Part shown: one piece after another, positions 8,845 to 17,444 of the stretch
Layout of the letters: each line of letters starts with the position of its first letter
How positions within the stretch are numbered: the stretch's first letter is position 1
Assembly: GCA_035480855.1 (NCBI GenBank)
Contig: DATIHJ010000026.1
Location: 1-55,746, forward strand
Direction: 5' to 3'
Length of the DNA stretch: 55,746 nt
Source of the DNA: Patescibacteria group bacterium
Lineage (GTDB): Bacteria; Patescibacteriota; Saccharimonadia; Saccharimonadales; JANWIN01
Made by a program: the position numbers and the translations under genes
The notes under the pieces: generated by a model
The model's input: only the letters and a program-made list of their open reading frames with translations
Told to the model about the DNA's origin: nothing
The model's database searches: none

Positions 8845-9745
8845 CTTTATTTATCGCGTGGCCGCCAAATTTATTACGCATAGCAGACAATAGCTTGGTG
8901 CCAAAGTTTGTCTGGCCTTTTTGGCTGGCAAGCCTTACCTCAAAAGCTGAGCGAATAGCAGGCATAGGTATGTTCATCTCCTTAGCCACTTCAAGTGTCC
9001 ATCGGGCTTCGCCTGTTTCTGCCACGGCTCCATCTATGCCCTCAAGATTTGGGTTTTCAGCCACACTCTGGGCTGCTAGCTCATTTAGCCATGAGGTAAT
9101 AACGCTCTTTTTTTGCCAAACATTGCCGGCTTTGGCCAAATCTATATCTTTATATGGTCCGTCCTTGAGCATTAGGTAGCCGTCGGCTAGGCTCTGCATC
9201 ATGCCATATTCGATAGCATTATGAACCATCTTTACAAAATGGCCTGCCCCATTTGGTCCAAAATATTCATAACCACCGGTTGGTGCGGCAAGGGATTTTA
9301 GAGCAGGCTCTATCTTTTTAAAATCTTCCTCGCGGCCACCAGCCATCATGCAAAATCCGTTCTGATAACCCCATACCCCGCCACTAGTTCCCACGTCTAC
9401 TAGGGTACTCCCGGCTGCACTGACTTTTGTCTCGCGTTTTTTGTCTAGCCTAAAGTCGGAGTTGCCACCATCAATTATTAAACTTCCTTTGGGTACAAGG
9501 GCGAGCCACGTATCTAGCTCTTCATCGATAACTTCTGCCGGGATCATGAGCCAAAGTACTAACTGCTCACCTTCAAACGCCTTAACTACATCTTCTTTTT
9601 TGTAGGCTGCTTTGGCGCCATAAGCCACTACTGCATCGACTTTGTCTGAGTGTCGGTTGTGGGCAATTACATCGTGTCCAGACTCGCTAAGTTTACGTGC
9701 AATCTGTGCGCCCATCCGGCCTAGTCCAGCTATTGCTATCTTCAT
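8837..9745 (-). CDS. gnd: 6-phosphogluconate dehydrogenase (decarboxylating, short ~300-aa form)
   Basis: MKIAIAGLGRMGAQIA Rossmann motif, GGNS, GTSGGVWG, and GAGHFVKMVHNAIEYGMMQ. It overlaps zwf by 8 nt and pgl by 4 nt. Confidence 0.9.
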   Translation of the reverse strand: MKIAIAGLGRMGAQIARKLSESGHDVIAHNRHSDKVDAVVAYGAKAAYKKEDVVKAFEGEQLVLWLMIPAEVIDEELDTWLALVPKGSLIIDGGNSDFRLDKKRETKVSAAGSTLVDVGTSGGVWGYQNGFCMMAGGREEDFKKIEPALKSLAAPTGGYEYFGPNGAGHFVKMVHNAIEYGMMQSLADGYLMLKDGPYKDIDLAKAGNVWQKKSVITSWLNELAAQSVAENPNLEGIDGAVAETGEARWTLEVAKEMNIPMPAIRSAFEVRLASQKGQTNFGTKLLSAMRNKFGGHAINKDG

Positions 9746-10416
9746 GCCTCATCTCCTTTATAGTCATTATAAATTATAACCTTTCTTAGCGTTTTGAGGA
9801 GCTGGGCTGGCTGAACGTTTGGATCCAGTGTTTTATCAAGTGCATCCCACTGAGGCCACTTTTCTTTGCCAATAGCATATATTACAACTTCATCAAGTTT
9901 TTTAAGCGCGTTGATGGTCGATGTAATCCTGGTAAAATCTTGCCATTTATAGCCAACCGCCAATTTACTACTACCAACCGCTGAGCTGCCTGGTTTGATG
10001 CCTGCGATATGCCCGTCCGGGCCCATACCTACTAGAGCAATCCTAAAATCTGCCTCTTCAAAATCTTTCTCAAGTGTATGAGCAAACTCATCTACCGTTT
10101 GCTGTAAATCTTTGCCTACGAGAACTGGCTGTGTTGTTGCTGTACCTACCCTAAAGCCGGCATCTACAAGCTGTGGCCAGTTTGAGTCAGTATGGCCAGG
10201 TGGGCCGTATCTTTCATCCGTTAGAGTTAGAGTTAGGTTACTTATGTGTGCAGCTGGAAGGCTCTTACTAATCGCTACCGCGACTTTTATGGCTGAACCA
10301 CCCGGCAGAAGCCACAATACCTTTTTGCCAGACTCGAGCAGTGGGGAAATAACATCTGCAATATACTTCTCTACCGGCGCTGACGATGAAATCTTTCGAA
10401 AAATAATGTTTGACAT
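9742..10416 (-). CDS. pgl: 6-phosphogluconolactonase (SugarP isomerase family)
   Basis: LPGGS...L.DERY.....DSN...LVGMGPDGH.A pattern, positioned first in the zwf-gnd operon. Confidence 0.8.
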   Translation of the reverse strand: MSNIIFRKISSSAPVEKYIADVISPLLESGKKVLWLLPGGSAIKVAVAISKSLPAAHISNLTLTLTDERYGPPGHTDSNWPQLVDAGFRVGTATTQPVLVGKDLQQTVDEFAHTLEKDFEEADFRIALVGMGPDGHIAGIKPGSSAVGSSKLAVGYKWQDFTRITSTINALKKLDEVVIYAIGKEKWPQWDALDKTLDPNVQPAQLLKTLRKVIIYNDYKGDEA

Positions 10417-10457
10417 AAGTACCTTGCATTCATCATATCAAATGACTTCCTCGCTGA

Positions 10458-10466
10458 TGATATAAT
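10458..10466 (+). promoter_or_regulatory. Extended -10 promoter TGaTATAAT, 6 nt upstream of rpiA ATG (leaderless)
   Basis: TG at 10458-10459, TATAAT at 10461-10466, tcagcc, ATG at 10473. It lies in a 56-nt divergent region that also carries TGaTATGAT on the minus strand for pgl. Confidence 0.5.
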
Positions 10467-10472
10467 TCAGCC

Positions 10473-11174
10473 ATGAAGTGGACCAAGCTGCAAACTGCCG
10501 ACGGTGTTTGGGGACGGGAGATTACCAACCTTGCCGAGAAAGAGCGTGCAGCAGCCATTATGGCCAAAAAGCTAAAGAAGGGCGATGTAATCGGTGTAGG
10601 TAGTGGTTCTACCAGCTTTGTAACCTTAAAGGCTTTGGTCTCACGACGGGAGTCAGAGGGTTTAGATTTTATTGCAATTGTGACATCTATAGAGATGGAA
10701 CTAGTATGTGCAGCTCTGTCTGTTCCCACAACTTCACTTAAAGTAATGCGCCCAGATTGGTCGTTTGATGGGGCTGATGAGGTGGACGGTAAAGGAAACA
10801 TGATAAAAGGTCGAGGCGGAGCTCTACTTCGAGAAAAGTTAGTGATAGTGGCCAGCAAAAAACCCTACATAGTTATAGACCAGAGCAAGCTAGTAAAACG
10901 GTTGGGACAAAATTTCCCTGTACCTGTAGAAATCTATCCTGACGCCATACAAATAGTTCTTAAAGCTTTAAAGGTGTTTGACACCATTACAGATGTTGAA
11001 CTGCGCCAAGCAGAGGGCAAAGATGGTCCTATCATAACCGAAAATGGAAACCTGATATTAGATGTCAAGTTTAGCAAAATTAGTAATGGCATGGAGCAAA
11101 AACTTAAGTCCATAGTAGGAGTGGTAGATACCGGGCTATTCATGGGCTACAAAACAACTGTTGTTATGTCTTAA
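10473..11174 (+). CDS. rpiA: Ribose-5-phosphate isomerase A
   Basis: GVGSGSTSF, DGADEVD..GN.IKGRGGALLREK and DTGLF motifs. Confidence 0.9.
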   Translation: MKWTKLQTADGVWGREITNLAEKERAAAIMAKKLKKGDVIGVGSGSTSFVTLKALVSRRESEGLDFIAIVTSIEMELVCAALSVPTTSLKVMRPDWSFDGADEVDGKGNMIKGRGGALLREKLVIVASKKPYIVIDQSKLVKRLGQNFPVPVEIYPDAIQIVLKALKVFDTITDVELRQAEGKDGPIITENGNLILDVKFSKISNGMEQKLKSIVGVVDTGLFMGYKTTVVMS

Positions 11175-11342
11175 ACGTCTTTATATTTTTGATAATTTTA
11201 CAACACGTCTTTCTCACTGTAGCCACAAGCATTGTGGGTAACCAGACTTGTAAGCTCACAGATATGCGCCTAAGATAGTTAATAGATAGCAAGAGTATGG
11301 CCCAGCGGGCTGGCGTTAACTAAAAAGCGAGGGTTTAGCACT

Positions 11343-13490
11343 ATTCTACCCACCAATACCAGAAACCAGCTGAGAGAAAAATGTGCTGTCTTCGGCGTCT
11401 TTGGAGCTGGTGCAGAAGCTGCTAGAACAACCTTTTATGGCTTGTGGGCATTGCAGCACCGCGGCCAGGAAAGCTCAGGAATAGTCAGTTCTGACGGCAA
11501 GCAACTATTTGGACACACGGGAGCAGGACTAGTAGCCACAGTCTACCGCGAAGAAGATTTGGAACAACTGCCCGGATCAATGGCTATAGGCCATAATCGC
11601 TACTCAACATCGGGTGGCAGCGATAACCGTTACAACCAACCATTTTTAGATTACGATCGCCAATTTGCTTTTGCCCATAACGGTAACCTGCCCGACACCT
11701 CTAAAATAGAGGTGTTTTTGAATAAACGCGGCGTGAAGCTTGATGGGCTAAATGACTCGGCCATGATGTCTGCAGCCATCGGCTGCTATATAGACGATGG
11801 ATTACCGCTAGCTAAAGCTGTTAAAAAAGCTTATCCACTATTTACTGGTGTGTTTTCTGCTGTGGCTATGGACCAAACAACTCTCGTAGCATTCCGGGAT
11901 AGATGTGGAATACGCCCACTTTCTATTGCCAGTCTAGGCAAGGGATATGTAGTAGCCTCAGAAACCTGTGCGTTTGACACCATTGGGGCCACTTTTTTGC
12001 GTGATGTACGGCCTGGTGAATTAGTAGTAGTTAATAATGACGGCTTTACTTCTCACCAAATAGTTCGAGGACAGCAAAAACTTGATATTTTTGAGCTAGT
12101 CTATTTTGCCCGACCAGATAGCTTACTACTAGGCAAGCGTGTCAGCGATGTCCGTAAAAACTTTGGTATACAGATGGCAAAGGAATTCCCAATAGATGCG
12201 GATATAGTTATGCCTGTGCCAGATTCTGGAATACCAGCGGCACTAGGTTACTCGCAAGCTGCGGGACTGAGATTCGAAAACGGGTTAATTAAGAATCGCT
12301 ACATCCACCGTACATTCATTCGACCAACTGCACAGTTGCGCGAACGAGATCTAAAAATGAAGCTAAATCCCGTGATTGAAACTGTACAAGGGCAGCGTGT
12401 TATTTTAGTTGATGATTCAATTGTACGTGGCAGCACTATGCGCCAGGTAGTAACTATGCTCTATGAGGCAGGAGCTAAAGAAGTTCATTTGCTCATAACT
12501 TCCCCTCCTGTGCGTTATCCCGATTTTTATGGAATTAACACTCCTCAGCAATCAGAGCTTATTGCTACCCAAATGAATAATGAAGAGCTGTGTGAATATA
12601 CGGGTGCTACCTCGCTAAACTTTTTGTCTTATAAGGGCATGATAACGGCCACAGGTTTGGCGGCTAGTAAGTTTTCTACTTCTTGTTTTAACGGTATATA
12701 TCCTATTCCAATTGGCAAGCGTGCCAAAGAAATATCTCCCAATTCACTAAAAGATTTTTTACGCAAAAAAGCTCCAACAAAAGCACCAACTAATAATCAA
12801 CCTCGTATAGCCGTTCTGGCTTCTGGTGAGGGCACAACTGCTGAGGCATTTATACGCGCAACCCTGAATGGTCGCATAGGCAGTACCGTAGGTTTAGTTA
12901 TTACAAACCGTAAAAATGCTGGTGTGCTAGAGCGCATAGCCCGGCTTAATAAAAAGTTTGGGCTGAATATTGATTATAAGGTTATTAACGGAATTACTCA
13001 CCCCGCACGAAAAAACGAGCAAGTGGGCCCAGGCGAGCAGACTGCTGCCGAACAAAATGCCATTGCGGCGGCAATTGAAAAAGGCAAGTTTGATTTGGTG
13101 GTTCTAATGGGCTACATGAAGCGGGTAGGCCCAAAACTAGTACAGAACTTTGGTTGGCAACCTAATCATAGCAGTATTTATGAGTCCCGGATGCTCAATA
13201 CCCACCCAGGTTTGCTGCCTGAAACCAAGGGTCTATATGGTGTCTACGTACAAGATCACGTGCTGAACAAACACCTTCCATATGCTGGGCAAACATTGCA
13301 TGTAGTTGCTGAGGAGTACGACCGTGGACCAAAAATTGCCGAACACCGCGTGCACGTAAAGTCCGAAGATACTAATGACAGTCTCTTTAAGCGCGTCAAA
13401 GCAGCCGAAAAACGGTTTTTACCAACAGATATTGACAGCTTTATTCTGGCTCGCCGGAGCTACTTGGGTAAACGTAGCCAGGGAATATAG
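11343..13490 (+). CDS. purF: Fusion protein: amidophosphoribosyltransferase (PurF) + phosphoribosylglycinamide formyltransferase (PurN)
   Basis: PurF part: catalytic-Cys motif KCAVFGVFG, YGLWALQHRGQESSGI, and PRT loop VILVDDSIVRGST. PurN part (from ~12798): IAVLASGEGT, NTHPGLLP, D.GPKI. The track start (TTG 11442) removes the nucleophile Cys at 11382-11384. The frame is open back to 11286 with no ATG/GTG/TTG, so I place the start at ATT 11343, 9 nt after a GAGGG SD. The exact start is uncertain. Confidence 0.85.
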   Translation: MLPTNTRNQLREKCAVFGVFGAGAEAARTTFYGLWALQHRGQESSGIVSSDGKQLFGHTGAGLVATVYREEDLEQLPGSMAIGHNRYSTSGGSDNRYNQPFLDYDRQFAFAHNGNLPDTSKIEVFLNKRGVKLDGLNDSAMMSAAIGCYIDDGLPLAKAVKKAYPLFTGVFSAVAMDQTTLVAFRDRCGIRPLSIASLGKGYVVASETCAFDTIGATFLRDVRPGELVVVNNDGFTSHQIVRGQQKLDIFELVYFARPDSLLLGKRVSDVRKNFGIQMAKEFPIDADIVMPVPDSGIPAALGYSQAAGLRFENGLIKNRYIHRTFIRPTAQLRERDLKMKLNPVIETVQGQRVILVDDSIVRGSTMRQVVTMLYEAGAKEVHLLITSPPVRYPDFYGINTPQQSELIATQMNNEELCEYTGATSLNFLSYKGMITATGLAASKFSTSCFNGIYPIPIGKRAKEISPNSLKDFLRKKAPTKAPTNNQPRIAVLASGEGTTAEAFIRATLNGRIGSTVGLVITNRKNAGVLERIARLNKKFGLNIDYKVINGITHPARKNEQVGPGEQTAAEQNAIAAAIEKGKFDLVVLMGYMKRVGPKLVQNFGWQPNHSSIYESRMLNTHPGLLPETKGLYGVYVQDHVLNKHLPYAGQTLHVVAEEYDRGPKIAEHRVHVKSEDTNDSLFKRVKAAEKRFLPTDIDSFILARRSYLGKRSQGI

Positions 13491-13491
13491 G

Positions 13492-14769
13492 GTGAGTCAA
13501 AAAGTTTTGGTAATTGGTGGTGGCGCCCGCGAGCAAGCCCTAGCCTGGAAGCTGGCCCAATCGTCCAAAGTAGATAAAGTTTTTGTTGCCCCGGGCAATG
13601 GTGGTAGCAACGGGATAATTGAAAACGTGGATATTGCATTTGATGATGTAGCCAGTCTGTTGAAGTTTGCTCAAGAGAACAAGATTGACCTTACAGTAGT
13701 AGGCCAGGAGGCCGCCTCGGCTGCGGGTGCGGTTGATGCTTTCAATGCGGCCGGAATGACTATTTTTGGACCGTCTAAGGCTGCAGTAAGAATTGAAACT
13801 TCCAAAACGTTCTCTAAAGACCTGATGAAGATTGCCAAGATTCCAACGGCAAAATACCAGAATTTTACAAACCCCAGTATGGCGCGGACTTATGCCAAGA
13901 GCCGTCCACTCCCAGTTGTAATAAAGGCTGATGGTCTAGCAACTGGTAAGGGTGTAATTATTGCGAGTAGTGCTAGTGAAATTGATGCTGCGATTGATGA
14001 GATTATGGTCAATAAGGCTTTTGGCGATTCTGGTAATAAGGTAGTTGTAGAAGATTTTCTGAAGGGACAGGAAGCCTCTATGCATGCACTTTGTGATGGT
14101 ACTCGAACTGTCATGTTTCCTCCGTCACAGGACCACAAACAAGTTTTTGACGGTGACAAGGGACCAAACACAGGTGGTATGGGTGCGTTCGCTCCCGTGG
14201 ACTGGATTTCAGGTGCAGATACTAAATTTGTTAAGGAGCATGCAGTAATACCGGCTTTGGAAGCCTTAAAACAAGATGGAGCCGAGTTTAGAGGCTGTCT
14301 ATACCCAGGGCTTATGATTGACGGTAATGCTATCAAGCTTTTGGAATTTAATGCTCGCTTTGGTGACCCAGAGGCAGAAGTCTACATGCGCCTATTAGAT
14401 GGTGACTTGTATGATATTTTGAAGGCCTGTGCAAACGGCAAACTTAATCCAGCTAATGTAAAATGGAAGGCTGGCTATGCAGTTAGTGTAGTTTTAGCAT
14501 CGCCCGGATATCCAGGAACATATCCTAAAAGTCTTCCAATTACAGGTATTGATGATGCCCAGAAACTTAAAGATATAGTTGTTTTTCATGCTGGAACCGC
14601 CCTAAAAAATGGCAATCTTGTTACAAGCGGTGGACGCGTACTAAACGTTACAGCTTATGGTTCGACACTTAGCAATGCATTAGATAAGGCCTACAGAGCT
14701 ATTAAATTGATTCACTTTGAAGGTATGCACTACCGCACCGACATAGGACGTAGATCCTTAAAGTTGTAG
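13492..14769 (+). CDS. purD: Phosphoribosylamine-glycine ligase
   Basis: VLVIGGGAREQALAWKL, PGNGG, an ATP-grasp core, and NARFGDPE. GTG 13492 follows the purF/N stop by 1 nt. The longer track ORF overlaps purF/N in another frame. Confidence 0.92.
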   Translation: MSQKVLVIGGGAREQALAWKLAQSSKVDKVFVAPGNGGSNGIIENVDIAFDDVASLLKFAQENKIDLTVVGQEAASAAGAVDAFNAAGMTIFGPSKAAVRIETSKTFSKDLMKIAKIPTAKYQNFTNPSMARTYAKSRPLPVVIKADGLATGKGVIIASSASEIDAAIDEIMVNKAFGDSGNKVVVEDFLKGQEASMHALCDGTRTVMFPPSQDHKQVFDGDKGPNTGGMGAFAPVDWISGADTKFVKEHAVIPALEALKQDGAEFRGCLYPGLMIDGNAIKLLEFNARFGDPEAEVYMRLLDGDLYDILKACANGKLNPANVKWKAGYAVSVVLASPGYPGTYPKSLPITGIDDAQKLKDIVVFHAGTALKNGNLVTSGGRVLNVTAYGSTLSNALDKAYRAIKLIHFEGMHYRTDIGRRSLKL

Positions 14770-14821
14770 TTTTAGATAAATCTAGACCTTGGATGCTTAA
14801 TCCACTACACTTGGAACTAAT

Positions 14822-15796
14822 ATGATCAATGTAGCGCCTAGGCGCCTGCAGATTATGAGCGGGAGGGTTCATCCGGGGCTTGCCAAAGAAGTTGCCAAGC
14901 TACTAGGTGTGCCCATTCATACTGTCCAGCTTTCTAACTTTGCTAATGGTGAGATAAGCTGCACCTTGGGCGAATCAGTACGCGATAGCGATGTGTTTAT
15001 CATTCAAACCCATGGCGGCAATGTAAACGATGCACTTATGGAGCAAGCCATTATGATTGATGCCGCCAAGCGTGCCTCTGCACGTTCTATTACAGCCGTT
15101 ACTCCGTTTTTAGGCTACGCTCGCCAAGACCGTAAATCTAATGGGCGCGAGCCCATAACAGCCCGCCTAGTCGTAGACCTGCTTGCCCAGGCAGGTGCTG
15201 ATAGAATCATGAGCGTTGACCTTCATGCTGGGCAAATCCAGGGATTCTTTAACGGGCCGTTTGATCATCTTATTGCCCGCCCTATCTTATGCGAATACAT
15301 CAAAAAGCATTTCAGCACTAAGAACCTGGTTATTGTCTCGCCCGACGCGGGACGAGTGAAGTCTACTGAGCGTTATGGGTCAGACCTGGGCTGTGATATT
15401 GCCATTATTCACAAGCAACGTTCCACTACTAAAAAGAACAGTGTAGAGGCCCGTTATCTAATTGGTGATGTCACGGGTAAAACCTGTCTAATCGTAGACG
15501 ATATGGTAGATACGGCTGGTACAATTTGTGCAGCTGCCGATCTTCTGGCACAGAACAAAGTCAAAGCTATTTACGGAGTGGCAACGCACGGTGTGCTATC
15601 TGACCCCGCCTTGCAGCGGATTAACGATTCCTCGTTCACCAAAGTAATTGTGACTAACACCTTAGCGCCTGAAAACACCATTAAATCTAAAAAGATTGTG
15701 ACATTATCTATTGCTCCTCTCATTGCCGATGCCATCGGTGCTGTTTTTGCTGGGAACTCCGTCTCAGCGCTATTTGATGGCAAAAATCAATTCTAG
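14822..15796 (+). CDS. prs: Ribose-phosphate pyrophosphokinase (PRPP synthetase)
   Basis: FANGE, YARQDRK, DLHA.QIQGFF, and the PRPP loop LIVDDMVDTAGT. Confidence 0.92.
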   Translation: MINVAPRRLQIMSGRVHPGLAKEVAKLLGVPIHTVQLSNFANGEISCTLGESVRDSDVFIIQTHGGNVNDALMEQAIMIDAAKRASARSITAVTPFLGYARQDRKSNGREPITARLVVDLLAQAGADRIMSVDLHAGQIQGFFNGPFDHLIARPILCEYIKKHFSTKNLVIVSPDAGRVKSTERYGSDLGCDIAIIHKQRSTTKKNSVEARYLIGDVTGKTCLIVDDMVDTAGTICAAADLLAQNKVKAIYGVATHGVLSDPALQRINDSSFTKVIVTNTLAPENTIKSKKIVTLSIAPLIADAIGAVFAGNSVSALFDGKNQF

Positions 15797-15797
15797 T

Positions 15798-16853
15798 CTA
15801 AATGGCCAGAGGCTCTGTGAGTAGTGACGGGATCAGATCAGACTCAAGTTCATTAATTACCAAGTTAGGCGTACGTGTAAAAGCCAGGTCAATTATACAA
15901 AAAATCATCTGCTCGTATCCAATGCCCTTGTTTAGCATGCAAGCTTTAGGAAAATTACCGTACCCATTAATTAAACTAGGTATAAGGTTGGCTTCTAAAA
16001 ACTGGGGTACTCCTGAGCTATCGAGACGGATATCTATTCTACCGTAATCTCGCGCACCTAAGGCATTAAAAACATTGATTGCGAGTGTATTAATTTTAGC
16101 CCGTAGAATTCTATCCGTGACTTCCTGGTTACTTTCTGTGTCTGCCATTTTTACCTGTGAACTTAGTATTCGTTCGCCGTGAATATCTTTAGGTGCAATC
16201 AGCTCGATAGGCATTACAAAATAATTAGTAGAGCTGCTATCTGCAAGGATTGCCACACTAAATTCGCGGCCAGGCAAATACTCTTCTATCAGTGAGTCCG
16301 CGTTTAAGTTAGTGGCAATGTGACCAATCTTTTTGAGCATTTGCTCCTCATTATGAGCCACGGAGTCGCTATCAATCCCCTGCCCTCCACCTCTATTAGA
16401 AGGCTTAATGAAAATAGGATAAGATAGGGGCATGTTGCTCCAGGTTTGTGGCTGATCGCACTTTGCAACGTAAAAATTTGATGTATTTAGCCCAGCTTCT
16501 AATACTTTTTGTTTTGCCATATGCTTGTTTAGCTCATGCACGTGCGCTGTATGGTTTGATCCTGTATATGAAATGTTATGCAGATCTAAATAATCAGCTA
16601 GCCATATCTTGTTGGGATCATGGAAGCCTAATGCGGGATTTTTAGGAACGAATTTCATACCTAAAAACACCAGGTCTGGCTGGCGCTCTATTAGTGCGTT
16701 GAGATCGTCCAAACAATTTATTATAGTTATGCGCACATTGGAGTAACGCAGTCTTAGAACCTCTAATAGAGGCTCTGCGGATCTAGAGCTCATAGAACTT
16801 AATCCACGTTTTGTAGAGCGGACAATTTCAATATGTTGATCTGTTTTACTCAT
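15798..16853 (-). CDS. ATP-grasp enzyme of the D-alanine-D-alanine ligase family (atypical N-terminus)
   Basis: ATP-grasp core: PIFIKPSNRGGGQGI, EEYLPGREFSVAIL, RIDIRLD..G.P.FLEAN..P. The usual Ddl N-terminal GGxSxE motif is not visible. Start is ATG 16853, with TTG 16865 as an alternative. Confidence 0.7.
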   Translation of the reverse strand: MSKTDQHIEIVRSTKRGLSSMSSRSAEPLLEVLRLRYSNVRITIINCLDDLNALIERQPDLVFLGMKFVPKNPALGFHDPNKIWLADYLDLHNISYTGSNHTAHVHELNKHMAKQKVLEAGLNTSNFYVAKCDQPQTWSNMPLSYPIFIKPSNRGGGQGIDSDSVAHNEEQMLKKIGHIATNLNADSLIEEYLPGREFSVAILADSSSTNYFVMPIELIAPKDIHGERILSSQVKMADTESNQEVTDRILRAKINTLAINVFNALGARDYGRIDIRLDSSGVPQFLEANLIPSLINGYGNFPKACMLNKGIGYEQMIFCIIDLAFTRTPNLVINELESDLIPSLLTEPLAI

Positions 16854-16920
16854 AGTACCTAACAATCTTTAACAGATCTGATCTAATGACCAGTTCTTTA
16901 TGAATTCTAAATTTATATGT

Positions 16921-17211
16921 TTAGTAAGACTTACGGAAACTGCCGCCACCGGAGCTGCGGTCTTCCTGTGGGCGGGCTTGGTTAACCATAATAGAACGGC
17001 CACTTACTTCTTTGCCGTTGAGTTCTTTGATGGCGTTTTGGGCTTCTTTGACATCTGCCATTTCCACAAAGCCAAAGCCTTTGGATTGGCCACTATCTCG
17101 GTCCTTGATAACTACAGCGCTAACTACTTGGCCTTGCGCTGCAAATAATTCTTCAAGCTCTTTGTCTGAGACACTGTAGGCGAGTCCGCCTACATATAGT
17201 TTCATTGCCAT
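16921..17211 (-). CDS. RRM-type RNA-binding protein with glycine-rich tail
   Basis: RNP2 KLYVGGL and RNP1 KGFGFVEM, with C-terminal SSGGGSFRKSY. An SD (aaagga) lies upstream. Confidence 0.85.
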   Translation of the reverse strand: MAMKLYVGGLAYSVSDKELEELFAAQGQVVSAVVIKDRDSGQSKGFGFVEMADVKEAQNAIKELNGKEVSGRSIMVNQARPQEDRSSGGGSFRKSY

Positions 17212-17444
17212 TTTTATTATCCTTTCATTAGCTAATATCGCCCGCGTTTAGTACTGTCTGACCGAGGGTGATAGTGAGCCTTGTAAGGACAAATTATGAC
17301 AACGGAGAGGTTATAGTAACCACTTGCTTAGGTTTATCTTAACATAGTTTTATAATAGAACCAATCAGTTCGCAAGCTTTAGCGGTCTTTCTATCATCGC
17401 TATTTTAGCCACTTTAGCGTATACTACAAGATAAGAAGACTTAT

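Noticed and set aside
8519-9179. Long antisense 'shadow' ORFs opposite zwf/gnd. The same class occurs at 2175-2552, 3028-3432, 10433-10858, 13890-14336, 21804-22325, 29329-29580, 40973-41249 and 47223-47780.
   Set aside because: Each lies wholly inside a strongly supported gene on the other strand. Each has a biased Ser/Pro/Arg/Ala composition and no recognisable domain or start context.
11175-11342. Possible purine-, ZTP- or PRPP-type riboswitch in the ~170-nt region upstream of purF (GGCTGGCG resembles part of the ZTP motif).
   Set aside because: The second half of the ZTP pseudoknot (CCGCCTGGGC-like) and the conserved purine-aptamer junction sequences are absent, and I could not draw a convincing fold by eye. 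An Infernal scan would settle it.
11381-11425. ATG-TGC at 11381, which looks like the canonical PurF M-C start.
   Set aside because: It is one base out of frame with purF and hits a stop after 14 codons. The in-frame reading gives K-C-A-V-F-G. It is relevant only if the raw reads reveal an indel.
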